64,000 bases of DNA from Balanoglossus misakiensis (Eukaryota > Animalia > Hemichordata): assembly GCA_040954595.2 (NCBI GenBank), contig CM082578.2:6309519-6373518 (forward strand), in the 5' to 3' direction. The notes beneath the pieces are model-generated. The model saw only the letters and a program-made list of their open reading frames with translations, did no database searches and was not told where the DNA came from. How positions within the stretch are numbered: position 1 is the first letter of the stretch; each line of letters begins with the position of its first letter. The position numbers were made by a program, and so were the translations under genes. Positions 38,601 through 52,650 of this stretch are shown here, in pieces.

Positions 38601-41600
38601 GCCTGCGAGTTCTTGAAGACGTCGTGCGCGATGGCGTCCAGGTCATCGACGCTGGGCAGATTTCTGACGTACGCGGCGACGGCGCGTATCACAGTGTCCG
38701 TCGGAGGCATCACGAGTTGGTGAGTTCTGGCCTGCTGAAATAAAGAAGATTCATGTAACATGGGCGTGTTAGACATTTCTCAAGACACAGGCGTGCTGAG
38801 TGTAGTCTTTGTACCATTTCCTGCTGTATTCCAGCTTGTCCACAAATTTTCACTTACTGGAATGATATTGACAAATGTCTCAAATTCACACATGCTTCCA
38901 AAACCAAATTTTGTATAACTGCATAATTTGAAGTCAACCTGTCAGACAGTGCTCGTTCACAGAGTAAACATGTACTGAACTGCACAATTAGCATTTTCAT
39001 TGCTTAGTAAGTCTCACAAATGTTGTCAACAAATGGAATAAACAAAACATTCCTATAAAGCTTAAAAGGAAGAAATATATATATACAGTGTATTTTAAGA
39101 ATCTTATGGGGCATCTGTGTTAAGCACAGCACACCTTTTGTTTCCCTCAAAAAGTTCTGTGCAAAGACAAATGCCCACATGAAGAAGTATATGGGCCTTT
39201 AAATGATATTCTATTCTATTACAGTTAGTGAACAATGGGCTGGCATTGTTAGCTAATTTCTACTAACGCTTCCATAGCCAGTTGCTATTGTTTATATACT
39301 GTTTGTTAATGAACTGTGACAATAAGGTATGACTTGCCCTGGGGTCAGAGCAGCGGTCTAGCAATACCCAGCCTTGTGGCTGCCCAAACTAAACCTAGCA
39401 ATGAAGGGACAGCATGCGCGAAACAGCAGTCCCACGTTGTACTCTCTCGATCGTGTGTCTGATCAACCCTACTCAGGGTTCATTCAAACAATAGGCCTGC
39501 TATTTTTATCCAGCTCCCATTGATGATTCACTATCAATCAGTTTATTAATATATACAGAACACGAAAATACAGGTACTTAATTTCCGTACCCACAAACGG
39601 ACAGGAAACAAACCGATCAAGTTTCACCCTCTTTTGTATCAGCAAACAGGAACTGTTGTAATAAAAATACCTGAAAGTTTTATATTTGTATTTGTAATCA
39701 GAAAATGTTCTCAGTCATAACATAAATTAAACCGTGTACTTGTGACAGTGGTCATTTTGGCTGCTGTGGCTGTAAGACTAACCCTTTCAATTACATGTCA
39801 CCAAGTCGAACACCTCAGCATTTTCTGTTGAAACGCATAGATTTTGACTTTCTTGCAAGAGGACTCGACCATTACGCTTTCACCCATACATTTACTAGTA
39901 TGGGTGTATCAATCATAAAACTAGAAAACAATAGGCTTGGACCAAATTTATGTGGTGGAAGGGTTCAAAGGCTTGGGCTCACAAAAAAGGGGGGGGGGGA
40001 TTTAGTGTTGATTTATTACGGTAATAAACCCACAAATACATGTCCCAGTAGATTTGGTTTGAATTTCATGTCTGGCAAGATACCTGCTGGTAATTTATCC
40101 AAAGAACAAGATGGCGTCTACCGAATGAGACTCTCCATAGGTTTAACATGCACATCATAACACGTGCATAGTCCTCATCTTGTGCTGGGGAGGATCAATC
40201 CGACATCATGCTGCAATATCAAAGGAGACATCCTCCCGTAAATGATTCTCGTCGCTCCAGGACAATTTTTGTCCCAAAGATCATGGCCACACTTACTGGG
40301 GTTGACCATGTTGTCCTTCCTGACACCTGAATGCCTTTCACAGAATAGAAACTGCACATTCAAGATGACCAACACTTTCTTCCAATGTCAGCCACAGTTA
40401 TATCCAAATGCTGCTCTTTCAAATCAAATCAACTCAATATTCAAGAGCATCAGACACACATCCCCTGTTGGGAGGGGGGAGGGGGATAGTGAGGGGCTTG
40501 TCTTGACCACCTTGTTCAACAGCCTAGCTCATGTTCATGTGCATGTATGTATGTACCTGAACTGGTGGTAGCATTGTCAAGTTGACTTGAGCTACATTTT
40601 CAAATGTGTGAAATAAAATTCAAACCTCAGATTCTTTTTTTGCCAGGTTAAAATTACATAAAAGACATCCTTTATTTTCCCCTCAGGAATGCACAGCCAC
40701 TGGTGTGCATCGACAATCATGGGTATCCGATTTTTATCCGCCATATTTGAGATGTTCATCGCCGCCATCTTTGATCGGCGAAATGCTGAAAAAAGTGTAT
40801 TCTATCAAAATTTGCCTAACATCTACATCACTCATTTTGTTATGCACTACTTCGTTTTGGTTGTAGCCACCACAGTTGTGATATTCTCATGCATTTACCA
40901 AAAATCTGGGATAAGTGAATTATCAGAAGAAGAAAAAAATAACTTGGATGCAGAAAGTGACTGCAAAGGATTATAGTGGCACATCAAATCAGATACAGTG
41001 AAACGCTCTCCAAACAAACGAAAATTGCCGACACAATGGTTTCAATTTTCAAATAAGGGCATAGACCCCAATTGCCGTGTGAATTATTTAGCTACAGTAT
41101 TGTATTTATTTAGTTAGTATGCACGAGATGGCCGACAGAGTGCAGTGAATGAATCCCCCAACAGATGGCTCAGCCATTTCAGACCCCCCCAGATCCATTC
41201 ATCCTTACACGCCACCTCTTTTGTCATTTCAACGATAACAATTTTGGTCGGCTTTTCAACATTACACATTTCTTTTTGTAATTCTTTTCAATTTTTCTCA
41301 CTGTCGTCATGGATATGTATATATTTCAGTGCACGGGTAACACCGACTTTGAGTTGCTATGTTAAAATTATCAATGTGAAGTATAAGTCATGAGTAAAAG
41401 ACAGTTCTACCACGTACACACTACGAGCACCTGCTTGGAATTATCCGGTTATCTGCGCGATCTTTTGCCCCCGAAACGAGAGCACCACTTTTGTCGGAAA
41501 ACCCCACGCATTATGTAAAATGTGAACGCCAATTTGGGCACAGTTGCAAACAACCCAGTCATCCATTAGCGGGGCCCATTGTGCACAGCAGTGTCACAAA

Positions 41601-44600
41601 TCACGCCAATGCATTGGGGGGGGGGGGGGACAACACGTCTGATTCCTGGTCGAGTTCTTCAGAAATTTTGGGAGTTGAACCGACCAATCTCTTGGCAAAT
41701 TTCTCACCACTCTTCAGCCATATTGAATTCTGTGCATTCTGAGATGGCCAGCTTGCGACCTGCAACGAGATGAGTCGGCGCAACGGAAAACCGACTATCA
41801 CAAGTTCGATCGTCTGACATTTCCAGGAAAATCGGTCAGTACACACATCTATGAAGAGGGCTAGGAGTTAAATACAAAAGATGGACAACGTCTATTAAAC
41901 TATGTTGTCCAAAAAATCCCCTTCTCTCACACACTAGCGAAGAAAACGGTATTCATTAAACAAATTGGAAAGCCAATACCGCTTCTCTGAGTGACCATTT
42001 TGATCCTTTTCAACAGACAATCACAAAAAAGAGATAAGAATTTTGCTTTCTTTGATATGTTTTATTATCTTCTTTTCAAATGCCTAATTTCTGTTTGCGT
42101 GTCAGTGTTCAACCCATCAATTTTCATTCACATGAGCTGCCATTTTAATACGGAGTGTAGAAACGACAGCTAAATCTCAGAAAGCTGCCTTTTCCCACTC
42201 ACTTGCTACATGTACACGCAAGGTTTATGAACAACGCTACGAGTAAATAATGAACCCTGATCTGTCAGATGCTGGAAAACACAATCCTGAATGTGGTACA
42301 CCGCCAAAGCTAGTACTACTACATGGAGGCAAGCTCGAGTTGGGTCCAGAGTACCGTCACTTGTTAGGCAAGGTAGTCTACATCCTGACATTACCACAGA
42401 AATGAGATGTGCAATACTCTCAGAAACATCTTAATTAAATCATGTTCAAAATGACACTGTCCAAAACCAACAGCATTATGAGAGACTCTAGCTTTCTGAA
42501 TGCAAATTGCAACATCAAATGATCAATTGGATAATGTTGGCATTTGACGACTTTCACAAGATTAATTTGAATATATTCTTAGATTGAGGGAACACCACCA
42601 ATGAGTGTTTGGACAAATTCATATTAATTTCATTATTATGGAAGAACGCATTTTAAAATGTTTTGGCAGACAAGTACACATGTAGCTGGCAGATTACATC
42701 AAACACCAACTGCAGTGAACAGAGAAACTCATAAGCTTTATATTACATTCCCTTTGAAAACAACGTACAAAGGAAACATGAAAAAGCTCACCTTCTATAC
42801 AATTGCTGATACCCAAATAAAATATCTCTTTAGAAACCTCTCTGTTGAGAGTTGTATTGCTTTAGAAGAATTTGTTGAAAACATGTAGGATCACTAAGGT
42901 CGCTATTTGACTTCAGGTTTGTGCGTTTTATGACAAAAAACCGCCAGAATCAAGATGTGATACAGGCGATGCCACCTCAAACTTGATGTCATCCAGTCAG
43001 TTGGCGTTGACTGTTGCATTGGCCAGAAAGATGTGGTCCTTCGAGCCCAACACAGCGCACACGACATGCTACTTGGCACGTGCCTTCCGATACAATTTCT
43101 ATGGAAATGGGTGCTTGGTTGGTTTCATCCAATCAATTAGTGTAAATAAATGAACCTCTACTTCAGCGAAAACATTTGAAAAAAAAGTTACCTTGAGATT
43201 TGCAAGTGGATGTCCTGGGCCAAGCAGGTACCAATGGAAAAGGGCCAGATCTTCATCTGGCAGTATGTGATTTCCTGGAGAAGAAGAAAAACAGAAGGAA
43301 GAATTTCTGAAATCATGTTGCAATGCCTACTGAAGTTATCGTAACTTCTTACTGCTGGGAACACAAACAGACCACCTGTAAACTCATATTTCTGGTGGAA
43401 AAACAGTCTTGAATATTCAAAGATAAAACACTATTTTTCAGGAGTGGTTGTGCAGTAATTTTGTCTAAAAGTTTTCATGATTATTGATTTTTTTTTATTT
43501 TCCCATAATCTTCCGGCAGTGATCTCACATTGGTGTTCATCACTGGATCGACTGCCCAGCCTCAAAACATAACTTTAGCGAGCCATCCTGAAGACCTCTT
43601 TTTCTCTGTGGATAAATTCCTTCAAAGAGGTGTTTATCATGCTGTTTTTTTTAGAAAATCATCACCCAATCTTCTCCCACACACAGAGGAGCTGAACACC
43701 AGGACTGACAGCCTCTATTTTCAGCAAAAAATACCTCTCCGTTTCTCGTTCTTTTGAACACCTCCCGAAAGAATCTACAAATAAATTCAAGAAACTTCAA
43801 TTACGAACAGTTGCCCTCCTCTGGAGTTTAGAACAATCACTGCCAGATGCCAGAAACCACACTGGGATCAGGCTCTTACAGAGGATAAATGCACAAGGGG
43901 GTGGGGGTGTTGGAGGTGTAATACATGTAGGTCTCCTGCCTTCCATTGACACTCTGAATGATCAGTTTGATGTCCTGGTACATTGTTGGTATTACCACAA
44001 ACTGAAAATTAATCCGCACAAGATAATCTGGCACTCGGCGAACTTTTTATCTCTGCCTGGTACAAATGTAGCAACCCGGCCGGGCGCACTATAAAGTAGT
44101 TCAAGGTCACTGAACATACCACCATCGGCAGATACCCGCAGCACACGGCATTGTTCACAGAACTGGCCAACTTCCGCTGTAAACACAAGTCTCCCCCTTC
44201 GCTGGGTTTGACAGATGTTCAGCGCAGCACTGACCTCTGCCGCTTTGTTTGGGGGGGAAAGTGAAAACGGAAAAAAAAACACTTTCTTCAGTCCATTGTA
44301 GCCATTCTCCTGAATGCTGCCAACAACACCATTACATTCCTAACTCCCATTATCCATTTTCTCCTTTGAGACCACAAGAAAAAGTTTCCGAATGTCTTCG
44401 CCATCAGCACGTACTTTGTATTTCTTTTGTGTCTCCTTTTATAAAGCTGCGAGCATTTTAACTTTTACAACGCTACACATTTTTTATCTTTTACACCAGA
44501 CTTCAAATATTCCTGCTTTTGACAAGAAGCAATGTTTTTCTTAGTTCAGGAATTGTCATCTTTTCAGCCCATTTCATGAGAATGTAAACAGTGACGGGAC

Positions 44601-47600
44601 AATTCAAGACGTTCCACTTTTATGACATCAACTTCTCATATAAAGAAAAAATATCGCCATAGGCAAAGATGGCCAGATGACCTCTTTATTGTCACAAAAA
44701 TTGAAATTAAATACCACTCAATCCAGGAGATGGGCAGGGTTAATAATCTATATTTTGACATTATTTTTAAGAAATACATGTACATTAATTCTCATTTTCT
44801 GTAAGAATTTTTTTTTGGATACAGTACAAGACTCTTTATGCAGCTGAAACCAGCAAATGCGAAGTATTTACTCCTAGTACCCTCACTATATATTTACTCC
44901 GATTGCAATACATGTATGTTTCGTAATTCTTAAGCATTTCACATATAACATTTGACAGCATTTTTTTGGTTTTTATATCATGTTGTCTGAAGTGGCCGGA
45001 AGGAGAAATATCTGCTAATTGAAATTTTTTTCAATTAGAGTTCCATGAATTCGTTTTATGTAAACGTTATTTGCTTGCTTTATGTGTTAATACCAGGAAA
45101 TCTCTCGTATTATTATTTCCTATACGTGAAAGAGAGATAAAACAAGGGAAGCTGATGACTTAGTGCACCATGGACTGTTGATGGGCAACCAAATAGACAA
45201 ATCCGGACCTTGAGTTACGGTAGTCTGAGAAAGTGGACGATACTTTTTTGTTCAGTGACAGTGATGAAGTCTCATAAACTTTTACAGTCACTCATGTGTT
45301 TGAAACACTTTATACACAAATGAAAAATTATGGCATTTTGGCTGTTAACCTTAAAATTTACAATATCAGAATCTGGTTGGTTATACAATGTACAAATGTA
45401 CATGCTAATGGAGATTCATACAGTCAAGTCATACTGAGTCATCTATATATCTACATGTATGGTCACTGCTCACAAACTGAAGAGACTACAATGATTCAAG
45501 ATTTTTGGTTCAAGGTTTTTTTTCTTAAAGTTTATCTGAATTAGTCATTTGCCTTAACTTATTACCTATTTTTGATTCAAAGTTGGTTTTGCAAGGTTAC
45601 TTACTAACAATTCTATGATTTGTGGTCGGAACAAAATCGCATTTGGATGAAAGTCAGAGTAACTATTATTTTCAGCACGTTTATTTAATTTTGCCAAACT
45701 CCCCAGCAGATGCCCAATGACATCTGGCATATTCCTTCGTAAGAAAACATTAATATTAACTTTAAATGAATAATGCACCTCATTTTGAACATGTGTATAG
45801 TGGATAAAAAAACACAAATGTGCATGCACATATCAACTGATTAGCCGCACTCGCAAAGTGCAAAGAATATACGACAGAATTGATGCGAGATGTTCAGGTG
45901 TACACTTGCATCATGCATGATGGTTGGGGGGACACTCGGGGCCACTCGCTGAATCACTCATCTTCGCTCTAACCATACAGCTCATACGAGTAAGCTTGCA
46001 TTCGATCCTCATGTTTTTTTCCCTCCCCCCTTTCCTAGAGTCTAAGATTCTCAAGAGACGTCACATATTGCCGCCGTTCTCATTCATCATTCCGAGCTGA
46101 ATTTCTGCGATTAAATTACATAATGTACAAACTTTGGCTGACCTGGGCTGCCAGCTTCAAAGAGGCATTGCCAGAGACGGGAAAGATTTTTTCATTGTCA
46201 ACAGATGACTGAGTGGTATGTTTCGCCTTTCAAAACTGATGTGTGAAAAAAAACGGCACTGCATTTATTTTTTCATCATACTGTGCTTTACACTCCAAAG
46301 TACGGATAAATAACTACATGTCAGATAATATTGAGAAAAAGAAAATTCATCAATGACAATGTCTCAGTTAACAATACTGTCTACAGTTTCGGACCCAAGA
46401 AAACCATGAGGTGTATTTGGCAAAATCTGACAAATGCATAAATTAAAAAAAAAATCAATTGTTTACATTTACTGCAATTATTTTTACAGAACTTTTTTTA
46501 AAACGCAAAACCAACAAGTCCACAACTCAGTGTCACATGTTTGGGCACGTACATGTACAGCTTCAGAATCACGGCCGACAGATGCAGCCAATATTGGCCA
46601 CATTCTGTTTTAGTTTGGGCCGACTGGAAACCATAACCGTGTCAAATTTCATGAATGTGAATACTTACAGGGGGTATATCCGGGACCTTCAAACGGAAAC
46701 TCACAAAGGGGGTCAAAAACTAACCAACTTCCAACAGAATGGAAAAGTGGCGTTGGCTTGTTATTATTTTATCAATTTGCTGTGCGGTAGAAAATACAGT
46801 CTGCTAACACACTCGCACAGGCCATCCATCAATATTTTGTCAGTTCAGTCGTGTCTGCACAAGTCATGCTGTGCTCAATTTTTTTTTCAACTAAACCCAA
46901 CTCTGTGTATTTTTCCAAGCTCCTTTTAGTGTTCAGAGACAAAATTTATCTTTGGCGTTACCCGACAACTCCATGATGTCATCTTAAAGTGTACATTTTG
47001 TTCATTTCCTTGAAATCAGCCTTTACTTCAGCAAAATTTCAAGAGAGAAAAATAGAATTACTAAAGAAATGTTGGGTGTTATAAAGTTAAGTGTCCCGTT
47101 TTTTTTTTCTTCCTAACTGCAGCTTTACACTACTTCACTGAAAGAAAATCTTGACCATTTTCTCATTGACTTATGGTATCCAATGTCGATTACTATAAAT
47201 AGATTTTCCAAACACTGAACATAAACCTTTCTGCAATAAAATACTAAAAGAATATAAGGACAATAGTGTTACATTGATGATCAGTGTTTCAAGCATGTCT
47301 TGAGCATCACAGTGCATCACACAATACCCAGCAGCACAGTATACCACTCATTGCCTAGTCAGACTGCAACAGTGCTACATGTTTGTGTACTGTCCAGACA
47401 CCAGTTTCCCACAGTCTATGGACAGGACAGAACAGAACATCTCTGTATAGAAACCGCCACTCACTCTTGCAAACCCCGACCCCCACCCAACCAGGTGCAA
47501 GGGTCAATATGTGAGAGACCAACCAGAGCATTTCTCCGTCTCGATACCACTCTGCAATTCACCGTGAGGAGGAAGGACCTCGGTCCATTGTGTACAGTGA

Positions 47601-50600
47601 ATACACTGTCATCACATCCAACAGAACCAGTCAGTGGACAAAAATGATGAAACAGCGGACGGGTAGCCATTGTCTTCTTTGGTGGCAAAAACCCCTCATC
47701 TATGACTGCCATGTCAAAAAGGCCAAGTATCTGACCAACAGGTCAGAGAGAAAGCCCCTTAACATGTTCCACACCATATCACTGGTGTAATCTTTTGATG
47801 GGATGAGAAAAGGGGTAATTTTAGCTGTAGCCTATACTACTCACTGTACCCTGCATGAGATTGCTGAAGAAGAAGGCAAACAGTCACAAAGCCTAGAAAA
47901 TTGTCAAATCATACCAACAAAATTAGAAAATTCTGTTACTCTTGATCCCAATTTATGAGTGTGCAAACTGGCAGTGAATTTTTTAATTCTTATTTGGATA
48001 GGTCCTGATAATCGCAGCTGCAAACTTTCACGTGTGGACGCCTGTAGCTAAAACTTTCACCGTTTCATTTCTCGGTGTGTGTTGCTCCAAACTTACCACA
48101 GAATGCAACGGTTTAGACTATACACAGGGATAAGTGCTTCAACATTGTTTTGGCTACTTTTTGTTCGACATGAGACCCATTTATGCTATTAGCACTTTTG
48201 AAAATAGTCTATATTCATTGGTCGCTCGTGTTCAACTCAAACCACATGAAAAAGGATTTGAACACTTAAATGATAATTTATGGGTTTTTACACCAAGAAC
48301 TGGGGAACTGGGACATTTTATTTGTACATTTACATAAGAAGTGTCAGAATGCAGCCATGGGAGCTCGTAGGTTAAACATACATGTATTTCTGTATGCAAA
48401 ACATAGCATTTTACAAAACATGGAATATCCTACAAATAGTGAATATATGGTGTCCTGTAAAACCCGTTCACCAAAACCACACTGCTGACTGGTCCAACCC
48501 AGCGGTTGAAAACAACTGGGTTTTAGACCAATGTTGGGTGGTGGTGAGGGGGTTTCGTTCTAGGACAGATTATCCTCATCCCTTTCATTCAACTTACCGA
48601 CCAGCGCTGCGAAGATGACAAATCTGTTCGGATTGAGATCCAGTTCTTTGGCAAGTTCGTCGATCAGGTACTGGATGGTGAGCAGGTTTCCGCTGCGGGT
48701 CAGCTTCAGCTGGTGAGACGAGAAGAGCTTGGGCGGATCGAAGATGCAGTACTCCGACGACTGGGCCAGAACGCCGTGGCAACCGTAGTCACGGCAATAG
48801 CCGATGACCTCCTGGAGGTGGTCCTTGTGGCTGGAGGCCACGGTGATGCCGCACTGCTGCAGGGCCAGTCGGACGCAGGCGTCTGCCAAGGGAAGAAAAA
48901 AAAGGCAGGGACGGCTACTTAGATACAATTTCCCAAACAAAAGAGGTGTCGGCTTCTCAACGGGTCAATAAAGACCGTTATTTCCCCCACAAGATTTATC
49001 AGCCCTGCCTGACAATATAATGGCAGGTGCAACATTACAACATACATGTAATAATAAATACCCCAACAGAGCAGTGTGGCATGTACACAAACTACACGTA
49101 ACATCAAAAGGAACCATTGAGATTTAAAGCCATACATATCAAAATACATTTAGACTATACAGAACCTGTTCTTCTGTCAGTATCAAAGTAAAAGTTTGTA
49201 AGATGGCTCTGGGCTAACCCACATCCAGTCTGCAGTGTGAGGAAATTTTGCACCTCATCCACACTTTATCATTAGCATATGCATAAACTATGTCAGTGGC
49301 TAAATCAAGTACAACACAATCAACCACCTGCAGTTACTGCAATGTTTATTCATTAATACATCCACTTCGGCAGTACGTACAACAACAAACTGGGTTACAT
49401 ACAAAGGAAATCTAGGTCAGGTCGGCCACCGGAAGCACCGTGAATCAAAGGTAAGTGTACTAAATGGGATTGAGGGCAAACATCAGAATCAAACTGTTGA
49501 TTCAGTTGCACACCCCTGTATGCAAACTATTTTCTCTGCAGACTGGAGATTAATGCCAGAAAGTGCTGTTCTGGGAAGGTAATCTAGGTTAGGGGGTCAG
49601 GCGTGGTGCAACAGCGTCTAAGCTTTGGGATCTGAGGACAAATCGAGGTGAAGATCACACATTTACAATATGTATGAGTTAATTGTGAGAGTGGTGGGGA
49701 ATGGTTAAGGAAAGATATACATACATAAATAACAAAACAAAATCTTGAATTCAATTTCCATTAATTACATGCAATTTAGCACCAAGTTATTAAGTACCAG
49801 AAAACAAATATGCAATAACTGTACTGTTCCAGTTCCTTCAACACACAATCAGGAAGTTGCAGTTCAGTGGCTCTAAGCACACTAATATTTACTTGTTTTA
49901 CAGTTGCCAAAGACATTGTCTACAACTTTTTCTATTGACACAACCTTGCTGACCAACCCTTTAACCATCATAAGATGGGTCCAATCCCGTTGTTTTCTGG
50001 GGTGAAAGTAAGACGTATGGGGGTGAAAGGGTGATGACAGGGACTTTGCAGTGTCCAATGTACTTTAACAAGTACAACCAACATCACCACAGATACTGTC
50101 CACTACACTACATGCAATTCAGTTTTTACACCATTATAAATCAAACACTCAAGTCAGCAAAATATCATTCATAACCAGTGAATCATAATTCGCAGGGAAA
50201 CATGTGCGAATCAATGAACTGAATTCATATCGATAGGGCTGTCTTACTTCATGTACATTGTCATATTATGCTGTCTGATCTTGTGTGCAGGGAGTGGGAG
50301 AGGTACAGACCCCCCCCCCCCACACACACACACAATGTTTAGTAAAGAGGACCAACAACATATATTACATGCATATCTAAAATCAGTGATGTGTACTCTG
50401 ACAGGGAGTCAATGTACTGAGCGTGGCAAATATTTAGTTTTTATAACAGAGCAAAAGAGACTCATTTTAATTTAAGTATACAAGCACTTGCAATTCGGCA
50501 AATTTTACAAGACATGTAAAATTAGTCATAGAAGACGGTCTAGGGTCATTTCCATCATGCATTAGTCACATCTGACAGACGATTGTTCACACTGTAAAAC

Positions 50601-52166
50601 TGAAAAATAAAATATTCCACATTATCAAGTCAAAAAAGTTTTAATATTGTTACCAAGAAACTGACGTGATTCTGTATACTTCTCGGAAATGCAATGATTT
50701 TCAAAAACTGCATCTTCCCAGAATTAAAAACTGACTATTTCCTTTTTGCTTGCGATGACGAGCCATCGCCATGATAGCCAGCCTTTGTCTCTGGCAAAAA
50801 GAAAACGCATTGCTCAATCCAGGTCCAGTAGTAGCTGGTAAGTCTGGCATAGTGCCAAATCGTATTACTCATGTTGGAGACTAAGAGAGCCACAACACAA
50901 AGATGATTCAAGCTTGCTTCAAAACACACACGCACGCACAAAGCAAAAGGTGAATCACGCAAGCTGGCAACTAGATGAGTAACTGGCCTTCCAAAACAAA
51001 AGACCCGAGAGATAAATATGACACTTGCATTTATTTTACTGTCTACATCATGTATATTTCCCCGTCATAATTATGAATTAATTTCCGACTGACTCACTGT
51101 AATCGCCTTTTGTCTGACCAAGAAACCCTCAGAGAGCAGTTTGTTATGGCTGTGCGGACAAAGGACTCTCCCAAACAATAGGAGTATACAAGGAGATTTT
51201 AGGCCCAGTATCACAGGCTGCAGATGTTCGCTGATGTCTACAACACAGCATTCATACTATGATCTTTTACTTTACTTGAGGCAACAGGAAATCAGTAAGT
51301 ATACGACACAGTTGGAGCAAAATAAATTTACAAACACATCTGTTCTTTACTCATAAATAATAACAGGTCCGAATCTTAGCATTGCAAGATGAAACATAAA
51401 CGCCCCACCCCCATCTATAAATGCACTCAGACCGTATCATACGTGACACGTGTGGTTTTTCATGGGCCAAACACCACCTTTGTTTCTTCGGGATGCTAAT
51501 TAACACATTTTAATTGCTTCCTCTACAATCACCGATAATTTGATTTTAACACAAAGGCGTTGATATCGAAATCTTTTGAAGTCCATAATCGGTGGAGACA
51601 ACACACACACAGCATGTTTTGAAAACTAGCATCCCCGTCAATGGATGACATAAGAACAGTTAAACTCGTGCGTTTTCACACGTCCAAGAACGCCTACCCA
51701 CAAAAACAACCGCGTCAAAACATAAACAAGACGAACGGAGCTCACCTAACCCGACGGGTGGAATGAACCACATCCTCGGTGGCGGGGTGTTTTTGCTGTG
51801 CACATGTGACAGGATCTGATGCACAGACTGTCTGCTGTTGCCCTGTTGTCTTATCCACTCCTGCATTCGCGACTTCTCGAAACTCCCATTGAAGAACACG
51901 ATGAGATGGATGTTGGAACTGCGGCAGGCTCGGGCCAAGTTGTCGACATACTGAAACATGTAATTCCACTGCCCGCCGCACACCCAGTCGGAGAAACTGC
52001 CTCCGTAGAGTCGATGAAGACAACTATCGGCATCGATTACCATATATAAAGGGTTTTCGCCCGTCTTACTGCGCTTGCGACTGCGACCAATTTTTTGAAG
52101 ATCAACTTGCACGCACGCTTGCGGACAGTTACGTTCAATGAATTCCAGCAGGCCTTGGATTCCCAT
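29620..52166 (-). CDS. FAM120A: FAM120A-like (constitutive coactivator of PPAR-gamma-like protein 1 / OSSA); PIN-like domain RNA-binding protein, ~1210 aa
   Basis: 16 phase-consistent exons: 51746-52166, 48598-48882, 43192-43274, 38515-38731, 38280-38386, 37684-38000, 37197-37353, 36365-36589, 34529-34679, 33782-34040, 33327-33438, 32856-33062, 32227-32416, 31260-31392, 30626-30773, 29620-30240. Family motifs: MGIQGL..., CLHRLYGG..DWVCGGQWN, TPPPRMWF.PP, AALVGNHILPDEDL, GEIKLPCTIEDE, ELDAFLSQ, CPWLFFDGKLFQYKL, GGKLEVAGVVVSEWAG, and an RG-rich tail. Confidence 0.93.
49955..50032 (-). mobile_element. Decayed piggyBac-like MITE copy
   Basis: aaccctttaaccatc...ggtccaatcccgttgttttct...gggtgaaagggt. 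Confidence 0.55.
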
Positions 52167-52650
52167 TATTAGCTGTTTGCACCGGCACGTCGAGCCAAGA
52201 AACCCATGGAGGCTTGTGAAAGAACTTCTGAGTGATTATCCCGGATTTTCACTCAATTTTTGCATTTGTTGTGGCACTGGCTAGACGCGCCATGTGCTTT
52301 GGAAAGGAACAAAAGCTCTCGTCTGCGCATGTGTTGGTCTCTTTCGCAAAGCTTTGTGGGTAATGAAAGCAGAAGTTCACGGTAACTTTTCTGCCTGTGC
52401 TGCAAGACGGTGGCAAAATGGCTTTTCGGCCGACATTCTGCGATGTCCGACGGTTTTTCCACATTCGGGGGAACGGGCTTCTTTCCCCACTTGATGTTAA
52501 CTGGGGAAAGGAAATGACTATGATGCATGACACATCCACTCTTGCTTCTTATAGCCTTGCATAGAATGAGTAAGCGGCTCTCGGCGGCGTCTTTCACCGC
52601 ATCACAACACATGACTCACTCGAAGAAGTTGAACGTAATGCATCGTACGT
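52167..52650 (-). promoter_or_regulatory. FAM120A 5' leader / promoter region containing several upstream ORFs
   Basis: CpG-enriched segment immediately upstream of the ATG at 52166, with upstream ATGs at 52330, 52293 and 52207 on the minus strand. The TSS is not determinable from sequence. Confidence 0.5.

Noticed and set aside
45150-45230. C/D-box snoRNA-like ctgatga...ctga
   Set aside because: Antisense to the host gene, imperfect C box, no terminal stem or recognisable guide.
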